In this document: positions 41,916-56,325 of the stretch, piece by piece
Numbering within the stretch: the first letter of the stretch is position 1
Layout: each line of letters starts with the position of its first letter
Assembly: GCA_002189035.1 (NCBI GenBank)
Contig: CM007990.1
Location: forward strand, 4,402,001-4,466,000
Direction of reading: 5' to 3'
DNA length: 64,000 nt
Source: Utricularia gibba
Lineage: Eukaryota > Plantae > Magnoliophyta
The notes under the pieces: generated by a model
Databases searched by the model: none
Told to the model about the DNA's origin: nothing
The model's input: only the letters and a program-made list of their open reading frames with translations
Program-made: the position numbers and the translations under genes

Positions 41916-44564
41916 GTTTTACTTTTCTCATTTAATTATACTCTTTTATAATTTCGACTAAATACACTCTATCGTCTCCAATACATACACGTCCTCTCTC
42001 CCACCCATTCCTTCATGTTGCATTAATTTGAAGGGCTCATTTGATATGATATGTAATACTTTGATTAATATTTATGTTTATGTAAAATTAATTTTATTAA
42101 TATTAAATAAATTAAACATATGCGGTTAACCATAGATGGTAAGAGCAGATGTGATGGATGTGGATCCTAAAGGGTGTGTCTGAGACTGAGGGGAATAGTG
42201 AGGGCACGCGTGAAGGGGGACTGCCGCACGTGCGCCACAGAAAAAGGGACGCCATCCTGTGCGCATGGGGTCGACGTCCCTTCTTGTTGGTCCAGCACCC
42301 CACGTTCCACTACACTACTATTCCACCATATTTACACTTTCCTCCCTCCCACTTTCTTATATTTACATTCAGGGTACAAATGCAACTTGGATGAATAAGA
42401 ATATGTGATTTAGAGTGTGTTTTATAATATAATATATTAATTTTATATTTAAGTTTACACATAAAGTTTTATTTGATTAATTATAATATGTATATTAATT
42501 TTGTATGTTTGTGTTATTCACATACTTATTTTTTTAAAATATGAGTGATATATAAAAATGTAGAGGGAGAGTGTAGCTTAATTATATCTAAATCACTCAT
42601 ATATTCAGATTTTTATTTTCGGATATCAAATATTATAATTATGCTTAATTGTAATATATTTAAATATATTAATACTTTCATATCAAGCTAACTATTATGT
42701 AAATTCATGTGCCTAACAACTCAATCATACAAAGATTTTACATTTAGTTTTTAATAACATTAAAAATAGTGTGAGTTTTTCCTCTCCAACCAAACTTGGC
42801 CTTCAAGTTTAATTACTAGGTAAATTGTGGGGGTAAAACCACGTGTGAAAAGAAGTAGGTCAAGATTTACCGGCCACAGTAAAAAGTATCCGATTAATGG
42901 AGTTTAATATATAATTAAAATGAGTAATTATTTAGAATAAGATGGAGTTCCTAATTTTCCAAATACTAGCGGTGGTAGTATCCAACGTCTAGATTTTCTT
43001 ATCCATCTCTCGACCAATCAGGACAACCGGTGTTTCTTTTCTTTTCTTTTTTTTACTTTTTTATTTTCCGGTGTCCGGACTCCACTCGCTTCATTAAATC
43101 CGATTTTTTTTATTTTTTTAATGTCCTTTCGGAATAATAGTACCCCCCGGTGGACCAATGGCAACGCAAAACCTGTAAAGCTGCCCGGTCGTGTTATGGA
43201 GACGTGGCGCTGTTTCATTGGTCCAGACTCCCGGTCTATAATATAATATCTTTTTTCCCTCAGTACCATGATTCAGATTCTTCTGTTTCCCTTTTTTTAA
43301 ATAAATAATTAAATGCGTTGTTGGCAGTGAAACAAGTTCCAACTGCAAGTTTCTCTATTTGCCGTACATCCCTCAGCAATAATTTCTTCGAATAGTTATT
43401 TTCTACAGAAATTCAAATAAAATAATTTAAAAATTCGTTCAAAAAGGGAATAAAAAGATGCACGAGATGCATTATTTGGGGGTGTTTTTTCGTAAATGGA
43501 AAAAAAAGTTAAGTTGAATTGTGTACAGTAGAAGGCGAGACATGGATGGTTTGTTTGTCTCCACGATCGCTCCCAAGGTAAAAAAAAAGATTATTTTTTT
43601 AGTATAAATATCACAAATTATTGAAATTTCTAAATAGGGGACACCTTCTTGCAATGACAAGACACTACATGAGCAGAGAGAAGAGAAATTATTACAATAA
43701 AAACTATATTTTATTGATTTTATTTTTAAATCAATAAAATTTATTTTATTTATCCTTCGATGGTCGTGGCAAGATTCCATTTTGTATGTATCAATATATA
43801 AAATAATGACGTTTCTTATTTAAAAAATAAAATTTTTCATTATCATATAAAAGAAAATTCATAAAAATGAACGTGTAATTAAATTTCAAGTTAATTTTAA
43901 AAAACTCTTAATGAAATAAAATAAAATAAAATAACTAAATCTTCTTTCTGGGCTAGCTAGTTTTGCGAGTTGAAGCCCAGCCCAAGAAAGGGCCCAGCAT
44001 GCGAGACCGTACCAAACTGATTCAATCCTCATGTGCAAGAAGAATAAAGTTACCAATGAAATGAATAAATAATTACAAAAGAAAAAGAAGCTACGATGGA
44101 TCATTCAGAAACTCCAAAACAGCGGATAAATTATAAATGTGAGAAAATCGAGTATTCATAATATAAATTTTTTAGCTTAATGTAGAAAAAAGTCCATTTT
44201 TGTAAATGACCCCAAAAACCGTTGCAGAATTGAAAAATGGATTTTACAGGAGGGTGGGTGGAAGTTGGTCGGAGGAGCGGGGCGATTCCTGTGGTGGTGG
44301 ATGAGCCCGAGGCTTCGAGTTTACGGCAGCAAGCGAATATTCGATCTGGATATGGCTAGACTCGTACTGTCACATGGCGACCGACCGTGCATTCGACTAG
44401 TAAAAGACCCACAGCGCAGAGCTGAGCCAGAGAGAGTCCAAATCACGCCATCGGTGGGTCTGGCTTGATCTCCCGACTCCCGATCTCTTGGGTGTCTCCG
44501 CCCAGCTCCCCTCAAGAATCCCTCGGTTCTTCAACTTTTTCTGGGCCAGTTTTTGGGGTCTCCT

Positions 44565-45550
44565 ATGGTGGGAATTGGAGAAGAACTCAAATCCAATGGG
44601 TTCTCTGCGGCCGCAGGAGCACCCCCTCGTGTGTTCAGGAAGTTTAGGATAAGTAAGATCAGGTTTCTATTCTCTGGGTCTTTGTTCGTTGGTTTTTGCT
44701 TGTTCCAATTAGTGATCATTTGGGCCGTTTTTGCTTGTTCTGAAATGTGATTGATTGCTCGCTGCTTCGCAAAAGCAGGGTTGTTCAAAAAATAAGACGA
44801 ATCTTATCTTTTCTTCCTTGAAACTTCAACAGGTTGATGAATCTTACTCGTAACCAGGAGTTCAATTAAGCTAATTCTCAAATCTGGTTACTGGATCTTT
44901 TATCTGAGGTTTTGTGTTCCTCATGGTTATTTTCCATGGTAGGAACCACGCAACAGGGTAATGGAGGGGTGAAGTCCATTGAGAAGGAGCAATCAGCAGC
45001 AGTAGAAGAAGAAGAAGGAGGCCCTGCAAAGGATATGCAACTGGACTCAGACACCCTTCCCATCTTATCAGAGAAGCGCAAGGCGCTATTTGAACCCTTG
45101 GAGCCTGTGGCTAACATTATCAAACGCCCTTCTGCAGAATCCCTCTCCCGCCACCTGATTTCGACTCCGCTAGCTACCCGAAAGGTTGGCTGATTGGAAA
45201 GAAGCGAAAGCTCGTCAATGTCGATGTTGTTGAGAGCATGAGGAGGATTGCCATTCAAGAAATGAACAGAAAGGTTTCAAATTTACATTCACTTTGCTGT
45301 CTCAGAGCAGCAATGGTGTTATTCAGAGAGTTCTTACTTGCAGGACAGAGAAATTGATGGGCTAAACGAGCAGCTCGAAGAAGATGCTCGTTGTCTCGAG
45401 CACCTGCAACTCCAACTGCTGGAAGAAAGGAGCAAGCGATCTGAAGCAGAGAGACAGAATGCTATGCTACAGAGCCAGATAGCGGTGCTCATGGAAATGC
45501 TACAAGAGGATGAAGCTGTGGAAGATGAAGGAAATGATCATGGGATGTAA
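44565..45550 (+). CDS. HDR1: HEADING DATE REPRESSOR 1-like protein, 3 exons; one apparent 1-bp deletion near 45143
   Basis: Exon 1 ...[17 protein letters not shown]. Exon 2 [14 protein letters not shown], then after a shift [42 protein letters not shown]. Exon 3 [32 protein letters not shown]. This matches recalled rice HDR1. Confidence 0.88.
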
Positions 45551-45920
45551 GATTCCACTCCCTACTCCATCGTTCAAATCTTTATATATTTCTTATTCTT
45601 TTCTGGATGTAGATAGTACACAAATGTTTGGAGGTATTGGTTCAAGCTGTAATGTCAAGAAAGCATATCCTGCATATGCTGCTTGTGAGTGTCAGTTTCA
45701 TGGTTCATAAGATAGATAAGTCGCAAGGGTGACTCGGGTGTTCTTGATGTACATACCTGTTATATTCATATGTGTGACAGTTTATTCAAAATTTGGCATC
45801 TTTCACTTCATGTGGAGACTATGAGAGAGCAAACACTTCATCTCAAAAACACACAGTTTTGAAGTTAATAAAATGGACGAAAGGTGATGATGCAACAAAC
45901 CAAGTATACAGGCATCAAAG

Positions 45921-46232
45921 CTAGAAAAGCTTTAATTTTCCCATGGCCATGGAAGCTTTGGCATGCTGCAGTTGGCAGGATACCTTCTGAGCACCACCCA
46001 AACCAGAACATGAATTTGTTGATCCAAGAGTCACGGCGAAGTACAAATAAATAGTGCACAGGCACGCAAGAATGGCAAGAGCTGTTAGAAGAAAAGAGTG
46101 TCTCCTGAGTAGTGTTGCGCAGTCTCCGAATTCGTCGGCTCGAGAAAATGGCCTCTTGAGCGACGCTGTAGAAAATGCAGTCTGCGATTGAGATCTCCGG
46201 TGGGGCGAAGTTATCACGCTGTCAAGAGTCAT
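45921..46232 (-). CDS. Uncharacterised 103-aa single-pass membrane protein
   Basis: MTLDSVITSPHRRSQS...RRHSFLLTALAILACLCTIYLYFAVTLG..CSGL...SCQL...GKLKLF*. One TM segment and a Cys pair; resembles a conserved plant family. Confidence 0.8.
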   Translation of the reverse strand: MTLDSVITSPHRRSQSQTAFSTASLKRPFSRADEFGDCATLLRRHSFLLTALAILACLCTIYLYFAVTLGSTNSCSGLGGAQKVSCQLQHAKASMAMGKLKLF

Positions 46233-47474
46233 GGTCTTGTCTGAAAAATGAACACCAAATGAGTCCAAAAAAACACCAAAACGTCACAGTTTGCAAATCA
46301 AAAGGAACGCAATCCCCAGACGGGATCAGACCCAAAAGCATGACCTAGTTCATGAGCTCGCTAAAATCATGTTGTTTCTGAGAAAAAAGGAGGTGTCACA
46401 CCCACAACTCAACAATACCCAATCACGTAATCAACATGCCAGCTTCAATTTCGAAAACCTAATCGGCACCAGCTTCAAAAAATAGAAAACCATATTCCAA
46501 CCAGCTTCATCCAAAACAGCACCACCAACACAGCATAAATCTGAATTCAGATCACCAAACAAATCTGGGCAAACAGGGAAACACACGCCCAGAAATCAAA
46601 CGCTCACCTACGAAAACGCGGCTCCGAATCCAATGGATTCCCTTGAACTGCAATTGACGAAGAAAGAAATGGGAACATTGCCCACGAACCAAAAGGCTGC
46701 CCTTGAAATATAAGGCATTGATTCCACAAGGCACCGCACGAGGCGTTGAAGAACGCGGACAAAATACGTCATATTTTAAAACAAATATTAAAAAATAAAT
46801 TGTTTTTAATCGAATCTACGGTTCGATGCATCGCACGTTTCAATATTAAATAAATGCAAATATTAATTAATATTCATATTATTAAGAAATCCATTATATT
46901 ATAATATCTAGAAGATGATCTGAGGCCAAAAAGATGGCCAACGGCGGGATCTTGTAGACACAAATCCAGAAAGAAAAGCTCGTTCAGTTCTACTCTCAAC
47001 GGGGATCCGCTTATGCCGGCCGCGCTCTCTCTCTGCATCGACATTTGCTCTCATTTTGTTGATTCTGTTGCAGATTTCTCTAGGATCATCTACGTGAATT
47101 TAACTGGGGTTGATTTGATACAAGGTTGTTTGTATCTCTAATTTCGTGGATGTGTTTAATGCTTTGAAGTATTGTCGATGTAAGCTGGTTTCTCGTGGTT
47201 CTTCTTCGAGCCTATTGGCGTAGTGCATTTACGCATGGCGTTGAAATCACGTGCATGTGGATTGAACTGGATGGAATAAAGTCGACGTGGGTGTGCTTTT
47301 GTTTTTCTAGACTATGAGTATTGATTTGGATGGGGTTTGAGTAACTGTGACTGGAGCTGTAACGCGTGGTTCTTGGCGTTGAGCGATAGTACTTGTTTAT
47401 ATGTATTGAGATCTGAGATCAGATGGACGGTTTGTTGCAGGTGTGATATATTGATGTCTTGAGGCTTGGATTCA

Positions 47475-50400
47475 ATGGAGGAGAGGAAGAAGTACCCGAT
47501 TGGCCCGGAGCACTATACTACGTTCGAGGAGGTGGGAATGGAGGCAGTGCTTCAGTTTATCGCGCACAATGCAACTCGCTCAATGAGATTGTGGCGATCA
47601 AGATTCTCGATTTCGAACGGCATAATTGTGATGTGGTAGGGTTATCTTTCGGTTCAATTCGAGTTTTCTTTTTGTAGTGCTATCTGACTGTTTGATTTGA
47701 GCGTGAAGGTAGCTTTCCTACTTCTCTTGTTATGGAAGGACCATGAATGCTAACTGTTTTGTGCACTAGTGTGCTTCCACTGTGGTTTCTGCTATTTCAG
47801 GATTCATATTTTTTTTCTGCTGTAATGTAAATCCGATGAGTGTGTTGTTACAGCATTTGCTTTTTATCATTGTTTGTGTAGCTCAACACACTCTCTATTG
47901 TATATTGATGGGAAGAAAAATCAAAAAACCTGATTCAGTTATGACATGTTGCATCTAGAATAATGTCTCACGGGAAGCTCAGACAATGGTCCTTGTTGAC
48001 CACCCAAATATTCTAAAATCGCACTGCTCATTCGTCAGTGACCACAATTTGTGGGTTGTGATGCCCTACATGGCTGGAGGCTCTTGCTCACATATTTTAA
48101 AGGCTGCACACCCTGATGGTTTTGAGGAGGTTGTCATTGCTACAATCTTGCGTGAGGCGTTAAAGGGCTTGGATTATCTTCATCAGCATGGCCATATTCA
48201 CCGTGATGTCAAGGTAAGTAGTCAGAATTTCGAACAATTGGAGAGTGTTTTCCTTGCCTTAAGACTTACTGTCTCTTTCCACATGTTTCAGTTTCATTTA
48301 AAACTCACACGTCTTCATACTAAATACTTTGTGCCTAAATTTTCCTGTCTACTCATCTTCTCAATTCTCGCTAACTTTCAGGCTGGAAATATCTTAATTG
48401 ATTCTCGCGGTGGAATCAAGCTGGGCGATTTTGGTGTTTCTGCCTACTTGTTTGATTCGGGTGACAGGCAGCGTATTAGAAATACATTTGTAGGCACGCC
48501 CTGCTGGTATGGAAAGAGGCCTTTCTTTTTCTCTTTTTGTTAGTGAACAGATCTCAACATTGCTGGAGATATTGCTTAACCTGTCACTTCTTCAGTTTTG
48601 GTGATCCTACGTGATACTTTCATCTTCTCTGTAGGATGGCACCGGAGGTCATGGAGCAACTGCATGGCTATGACTTCAAGTATTTTCTTCATTTTATGGA
48701 TATTTCTGATCTAGCTCTGGCCATCACCTCCTCGTTTTCCTATTTTGAGGATTTTCATTTCGTTTCAGAGCTGATATTTGGTCCTTTGGCATAACTGCTT
48801 TGGAACTTGCTCATGGTCATGCTCCTTTCTCAAAGTATCCTCCAATGAAGGTGTTAAACAATAGTTTTAAGACTCCTTTTCTTTAACAAGCCTTTTTAGA
48901 ATAGAGCCATGATCTTTACGATTTGAATTTTGCCGTAGGTGTTGCTCATGACATTGCAAAACGCACCACCAGGTTTGGATTATGAAAGAGACCAGAAGTT
49001 TTCGAAGGTATCCTTTTCAAAACCGTACATAGCTATTGACTAAAATTTGATTTACATGGCATTAATTTGTTTGTTTGTGTCATCCAGTCATTCAGACATA
49101 TGATCGCTAGTTGTTTGGTGAAGGATCCTTCTAAAAGGCCTTCAGCAAAAAAGTTGTTAAAACATTCTTTCTTCAAGCAAGCTCGGTCAAATGATTATAT
49201 CGCTAGAACGCTTCTCAAAGGGCTGCCACCACTTGGGGATCTTCTTCAGGAATTGAAGGTCTGTGCTTTCATGAAGATTGATCCGTATTTGGTGCCTGGA
49301 TATGGATATCCTGTATTTTGTCTCTATGCTAATAATTGATTTTAATTGATGATAGAGGAGGGAGGAAGATATGGTTGCTCAAAAGAAAATGCCAGATGGA
49401 GAAAAGGAGGAGATATCTCAGGTATCATCTGAACCACAGCATAACAGCCATGCTGATTTTACTCATGCACGTTGACTAATTTCACAAGGTGGGGATAGTT
49501 GATCCAAATGTTCCAAACATCCCAAAAGAGATGTGAACGCTGATCTGCATCTTTGCAAGCATGCTTAACCTTTCTCTTCATTCAGCATTCCAGTTTTCCA
49601 GATGGCATCTCACTTTTTCCTCAGTTTCCCTTCCTACAAATTTCATCAGCCGTATCTAGTCATGAGGCTTTCCCTAGCTTTCACCCTGTTGTGATTGGGA
49701 GTGAAACTTGAAGAATGTTTTCGTATGCTATTCTCATCAATATGGGTTCTGTGCAGTATGGATGAATAGTTCTTTCAGTTGGATGCTTTTTCAGCTGATG
49801 AAAGATACCTACGATCCTCCTAGGGAATAAGCTATAATGTTTATGAATTGTTCGCAGAATGAATATAAACGTGGTATCAGTGGTTGGCACTTCAACCTTG
49901 ATGACATGAAGGCCCAAGCTTCCCTAGTATGTGCTGTCCTTTCAGTTATATCATCTCGTAAATATGAGTCTGACTGTTTATTTTCTTTCTGCTTGATTTT
50001 AGATTCAGGATGATGATCTTACTAGTGAGAAAGATGAAGGTATTCAAACCAAACAAGCTGAACTCGGGACATCTTCATCCAGACATAATGAAAATTTCCA
50101 ACACCAGTTATCTTTTGCAAGCCGAAATTCTGATAATGCAGATTCTGTAAGTTGATATTAATTCTGCTTTGAAGGTAAGAAAAAATTTATACTTGCTTAG
50201 ACACCATGGCTCTTTGCACTTTGCAGGACGAAAATGGTCCTTCTGTCGCATCGGCGGACTCTCTGTTTATTGTGTACAGCTTATGTCTTTTCTTTTGTTA
50301 TCGGCTTCTTTATTTTGTGCCACCCTAATTGTGTTCATTTGTGGTTCAATTTTTCAAAAACAACAGCAATTTCAGTTGTGTAATTTTCAGTGATTCTTGC

Positions 50401-52240
50401 CTTATTGAACTATGAAATCCTTTTGGTGCTTGCGTGTGATTTTTTTCTACATGTTGATTGAGCTTTCTTCTACGCATAGACCTAGATGTTCGAGGGGTGA
50501 TGATAATGCTGGCCTTCCTGACGCAATTCCAGAACATGCGATTTTGTCTCCTGTTAACGAGAATCGGGTAGACATTGTGAGGAAAAAACCACAGGAATTA
50601 ACCGTAATGTCTTCTAACCAAAGGTGTGGCTTTCTATCTTGGCTACTGTAGCCCATCACAGATTTTGTTTGGTTGGTGCTCAATTGGTTCTTGCACTTCA
50701 TATCCTGGCTTGACAGATATTATCAAGTTTATAGTTAGTGCTCAACAGTAACCTAATATATTTGTATCTACTAGCAAATACAACGACAGGGGCAATCCAG
50801 GAATGGAGAACAGCAAATCTCAAAATCAATCAGAAATTTTTTCCGGTGCAGGTCTTGCCAATCCCCAGTCCCCAGATATTGTACAGCCCGAAGTAGTACA
50901 GTCCAAAAGCACAAAATCATCAGGCAATGAATATGTTGCAGTGAATTTTGGTAGTGCAGCGCATTTTGGTGCCATTTTTATCCTTATTAAACCCCTTTAT
51001 TTTGTTGCAGTTAATGGTGATGATGGTGAGGATAAAAATAAGAGTCCAGCTGTTCAGCGGAGAGGCCGATTCAAGGTTACATCAGAGAGCGTTGACATGG
51101 TAAATTATCGTTCTGACTTTTAGGGATTATTTTCAGCTTGCCTTTTCTTGATGGATGAGCTCTATTTTTGACAAGGTCGATCCGGCTTTGATATTAAGAA
51201 GCAGTACTTTGCAATTGTCTGAAAATCTTGTTTCGAAGGTAAATGTAACATTTTTCTTTTTACTTTCTTTTGAGCTCAGCAATACGGGAATCCTAAAACA
51301 TGAATACATTGCCTTTTGTTAGTTATTACATGCTTCTTTAACATAAAAAATTGTCCAAAGCGCCATGAATGTTCTGTTTTTCAAGTGGCTTATTTGATAC
51401 CAAATTTCAATTATCGCTCCTTGTGACAAGTCATTTGGACCACAAGATATGTTTATGATATGTTGATCCATGATTTTGAATATTATTATTCTGGCTCAGG
51501 TGATTGCGCAGCTTCCTGCTAGTGTTGCCCCCTTGTCTGAGGATGCTACTTCATCCGATAATTCTGGACTGGGGTCTTTCCTCAATCTGCAGCTTATGCT
51601 GTATGCAAATATAATTCAACGGGTAATGCTGTTCACCTTTTCCTATTGCTAACTCACTGGATTCCGAGGTGCTAACACTGGCTTGACAGGATTTTCTTAT
51701 TGCTCTGATGAAGCAGACGTCATCTAATGATCCCTCTGGTATCAATACGGATGCAAGGCTTTTTATCCTTTTCATATCTTTGTTCTCGTTGTCAATCACT
51801 CTGTTGTTACAATTTTATACAGACTGGACTCATGCTAGCATGGAAAGAGTAGAGAAAACACTGGTATGGTTCCCTTTGTGCCATTTCTCCGCTCTATTTA
51901 TTTCTGTCGTTTGCAAGCGAAATTGTGCCTGCTGTATTTAAACTCTCAAACCCAAACCATAAGGATTTGTGAAGTTGTTCCAACCTTCTCATGTTTTAGC
52001 ATCAATTTTTTTTCCTCTTTGAAGTTGGAAGCTGCCAATGAGAGGGAAAAGGACCTGCTACGGGAGGTCTCAGATTTGCAGTTAAGGTCTGAACATAACG
52101 TGAACCGATATTAGCAATAGTTTCTAGAGTGGAGTTAGGTTACTCATACTTGATCCAGAAATATGCTCCCCTGCAGGCTCATATGTGCTCAAGAAGAGAT
52201 CAAAAAGTACAAAACCGACAATGGCCGGGCAAACTCTTGA
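47475..52240 (+). CDS. STE20-like Ser/Thr kinase (OSR1/Fray-like MAP4K, BLUS1/TOT3 clade) with C-terminal coiled coil; one apparent 1-bp deletion in exon 1
   Basis: [127 protein letters not shown] at 52238-52240. Confidence 0.92.
49008..49087 (+). other. Possible U12-type GT-AG intron in the STE20 kinase
   Basis: Donor GTATCCTTT is the full U12 consensus. Only a weak branch candidate (GCATTAAT, 49059-49066) is present. Confidence 0.5.
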
Positions 52241-52543
52241 TCCTTGGAACATATGTTCACCTATTTGGCTAGCTTTTGGTGGTACCTTACCCCATTACGG
52301 TTCCTTCTACTTCAGCCCTGTGCAGCTAGCGCCAACCATAAGAAAAGCATGGCATCACACTGCACTGTACAGTAATTATGCACTCATTTGGAGGACTTGC
52401 GTGAAGAAAAGCTGCCGGGGTTTCATTTTGTTGCTGTCTCTTACCTAGAAATAAGAATTGTTCTGGTTTTCCAAGGAACAAACGGGATGGATGATAATGA
52501 TAAGAAATTCAAGCTTCCTGGAGCAAGCAAAAGAAGAAATAAC

Positions 52544-53441
52544 TCAAGAGCTGAGCTGAAGAAACGTCTGCGCCATGGATGTTTGGCCAGCGAGAGGAGC
52601 TGCGGCGGCAGGATCTCGACAATCTCGCCGTTGACGAGAAGGCAAACGACGTCCGCGATTCTCTGTATCTGTTTGATGCTGTGTGAAACCATTACGATCG
52701 TCATCCCCTGCTCCTTCTTCAGCTTCACCAGCACATCCTCCACATTCTGCGTCGACAGCGGATCCAGGGCGCTGGTGGGCTCATCCAGCAGCAAAACCTG
52801 CAAGACATGGCGGAGCTCAAATCCTCAGTGATGCCCACAGAAAGGAGGAGGACATGTCTGTTTTCCCTTCTCACCTCTGGTTCATTAGCCAGAGTTCTTG
52901 CAAGTGCAACTCTCTGAGCTTGCCCCACTGAAACACTCTCTTTCCCATAGAAGGATGAGTCCAGATCCGCCAACGCCAGCAGCTTATATACCTCTTCATC
53001 ACTCAGCTTCTTCCCTGTCAAACGAGGGCCGTACCTGACGTTCTCAGCCACCGTCCCTGCAACACAACAAACGGAAACAGTGAGGCCAGCCATAGTCTCT
53101 GGGTCACACACACACCAGCGCTACTCACCTGGAAACAGGGCCGGAAGCTGGAAAAGCATTCCGACCTTGCGGCGGAGGCCGAGGACATCGACGGTGGAGA
53201 TGTCGACACCGTCCAGGAAAACGGAGCCCGGAGCAGGCTCCCAGAGGCGGTTAAGTGCCCGGAGGAAGGTTGACTTGCCGCTTCCACTAGGGCCGATGAC
53301 TCCCATTATCACGCCTCTGGGAATATCCACATTGATTCTGTTCAAAATCAGGGAACCCTCAATCGACACCTTGCTCAGATCCCTGACCTCCATCTTCGGC
53401 ACCGCCGGTACCAACAATGCCTCCCGCGCCTCGCCTTCCAT
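52544..53441 (-). CDS. STAR1: Bacterial-type ABC transporter ATP-binding subunit (ABCI17/STAR1/NAP3), 3 exons; one apparent 1-bp deletion near the C-terminus
   Basis: Walker [25 protein letters not shown], signature [19 protein letters not shown], Walker [14 protein letters not shown]-loop [13 protein letters not shown] only. The frame-corrected end is [13 protein letters not shown] with the stop at 52544-52546. Confidence 0.93.
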
Positions 53442-56325
53442 CCAGACCAGAGAAGGAGACACAAACAACATAAGAAGAAGGCCGTTTTTTTCAGCACACG
53501 TGTTCAGACATCATTATCATGCGTACCTGGGAAATCGGCCATGGCTGGTAACGAAAATGAAAATGAGGTGGCTCTCTCTCTTGCTTGCTCTGGAGGGGGT
53601 TGACGGCGAAGCGTAAAGCTGACAAATGATTTATAGAAATAAAGAAAGCAACAAGATGCGATGCGAGCGCATGCTGCAGATGAAGCCTCCCCGCGATACG
53701 ACAAAGCGGGTATTTGTAGCATGCATCTGGGGAGCCCTCTTCTGGGGTTGAAATGGATCCTTTGTCCCAAGCACCCACTCCCACCCCCCCTTGGTGTCAC
53801 CAGGAACAACACACCAAATAAGCAAGAAAATGTCAAATCCTACACCCCATTCTCTTTTTATTTCATTGGTAAGTTAGCAGAGATGAGGAGTTGGAAAGCA
53901 ATCGCTTCGGGCATCTGAAATAATTGGCCTTTTCTTGTGTTTTGCATCCCTCGTCTGAAAACTACCCTTTTTTTAAAACCAACAGTACGACTACGGCTCT
54001 CGTACGATACCCATAATTGGGAATTTGTGTTTGGTCACAAATAACATTTAATAACTAGGGTTTGATGAAATTTGAAAACAAAAAAATGATTTCAAATCCT
54101 TGCAAAATGATATTAGCATATTTAATTTAAGAATAAATATGTAATTTCTTAACAACGGTATCGAATAATTTTGCATTTTTTATTCACCAATCAAAAATTA
54201 ATCTTTATTGGCATAGCAGTGTACTTGAAATGCACTCCAATTGTGTTCATATGTTACCATACCATACTATTAAGACATTTCACAACGAGAATGATAACAA
54301 AACAACCTTATCAATCGGGTTTTCGTGACGTGGTACTACTCGAATGATCCACATCACACGTTGAGTAACAAATCTCTTTGTTAGCAAAATTCATTGAGTT
54401 GAGTTGCAGGGGTACGAGGTGGTTTATACGAGATTTAAGGGTTAAATATTAATCATGATATATAACAATATAAAATACGTATTCTATCATTTTTTCTATT
54501 TAATATTTTATTTATAATAAAATAAAAATGTATGTACGAGATTAGTTTAGTTAACCCAAAGATTCTTTTTTTTTTCAATTATATGAAAAGTAATTAATTA
54601 CGAATATTTTAATAATTTAAATGTAAATTCAATTATAAATATACCAAATACACGATAATTATTACTTTATTAAGTAATATTTCTTATAAAATATGTTAAT
54701 TTTGTTTATTTCAAATCATTTATTATAATATAAATTAATCTCATCTGGTATCGTCTAAAATAAAACACAACAGTGACATCGAAGGTCCATTGGGCCATCG
54801 AACAATTTCCACTTCGGGACAGTGATCCGAAGAAGGCCCAATACTGCAAACCCGGTAAGCGTTCCTAGGATCTTGTATTATGATATATATATAATAATAT
54901 TTCAATATTTCTAAACGAATATGATAATTAATTTAAATTCTTGAAAATGTTTTAAAATAATGTATCAATTGGTAGTTGGATTTGATTCAATCTTATTAAA
55001 ACAGAAAATGATTTTAATTCGTATAAATAATAACTTTATTTTTATAAATATTTTAAAATATAATTAAAATTTTTTGAATTTGATTCATATTATGATAAAA
55101 ATTATTAAATCAAATAACCCATATTCGTTTTATACAATATTATTTGATTTAAACATTCAACTTTTATGATTTTATATTATTATCTTTAAGAAACAAATAT
55201 TCATAAAATATTAAAAGGATCATTCTATATGATTTATTTTTTTAATTTGATGAAGTATTTTGATGGCATGACTGCAGTCTGCAAATCTTGAATTGGAACC
55301 GGAGCTCGGGTGTGGGAAGCTCATCAGCTCGTCTTTTGTTTAATGGATCAATAGGAATGAGGTTAGGGAAAATGAAGACGCCACAAATTCCTTATGCCAG
55401 GACGGGTTAGCTAGTGCCAGGTTAAATTAGGTTCTGTTGTACAGCGCGCATGCGAAGGTGTACGTGGGTGCGACGGAATTAGGCGATGTAATGCGGGAGT
55501 AGAGAGAAGGGAGCATCGGGGAGGGGAGAGCGATCAGAGAAGGAGAACGAAAGGGGGTATTCAAATTTTGATTGCAATTTTGTTTATCAGGTTTCGGGTT
55601 CTGGGAGATTAAGGAAACTGTGAATTGGTAAGGGATGAAGACGCAAATGTCTGAAGAAGGGTGCTTGTGTTGGAGAAGTTAAGCAGCATTGAATAGAGAA
55701 CAAGGCTTAGATTTGTGATTCTTATGCGATAGGTTTTCGCCCGAATCTCGCTCATTTACTGGAGCTCCAATAACGTACGCTCATCGCATCTTTCTTGTCT
55801 GTGAGTTCGCACTTGAATGATTGGATATGAATTCTGAAGTTGGAAGTGGAGAATTCAAGCTTGATTTTTTTTTTTTTTAAGTCTCGGTGTGGCATTTGGG
55901 TGCTCTGAGTGAATTCTCTGGACACTGATGGAGGGTGGGTATTTTCTTTTTGTTTCAAGGAGAGCCTTTTGCTGCTGGGATATCGAAATCTGGTTCACCT
56001 TGAGTTGTAGCTTCATGTTTTGCATTTATTGTTCGATGTGCTTGGAAATTTTATGAATCGGGTTTGTTGTTGATTTGAAAGACATGAGTACCCAATGATT
56101 AAAAGCATTCACCTTTCAATCATTGGATTAAAGAAAAGCTGAGATGATTACTTGTTTGGCATTGTTAAGATTGCTACTGGAGATGCCAAATGTTGTTTAG
56201 AGAGTGAGCTGTTGGAATCAGCTCTATGCAAAACGTAGTTTTAGCTTGAAGTTTCTGCATCATAGATTCCTGGTTGCGTTTTTGTCGTGTAGATGTTTAG
56301 TTTGGAGAAGAGAAGGCTATAGGAG

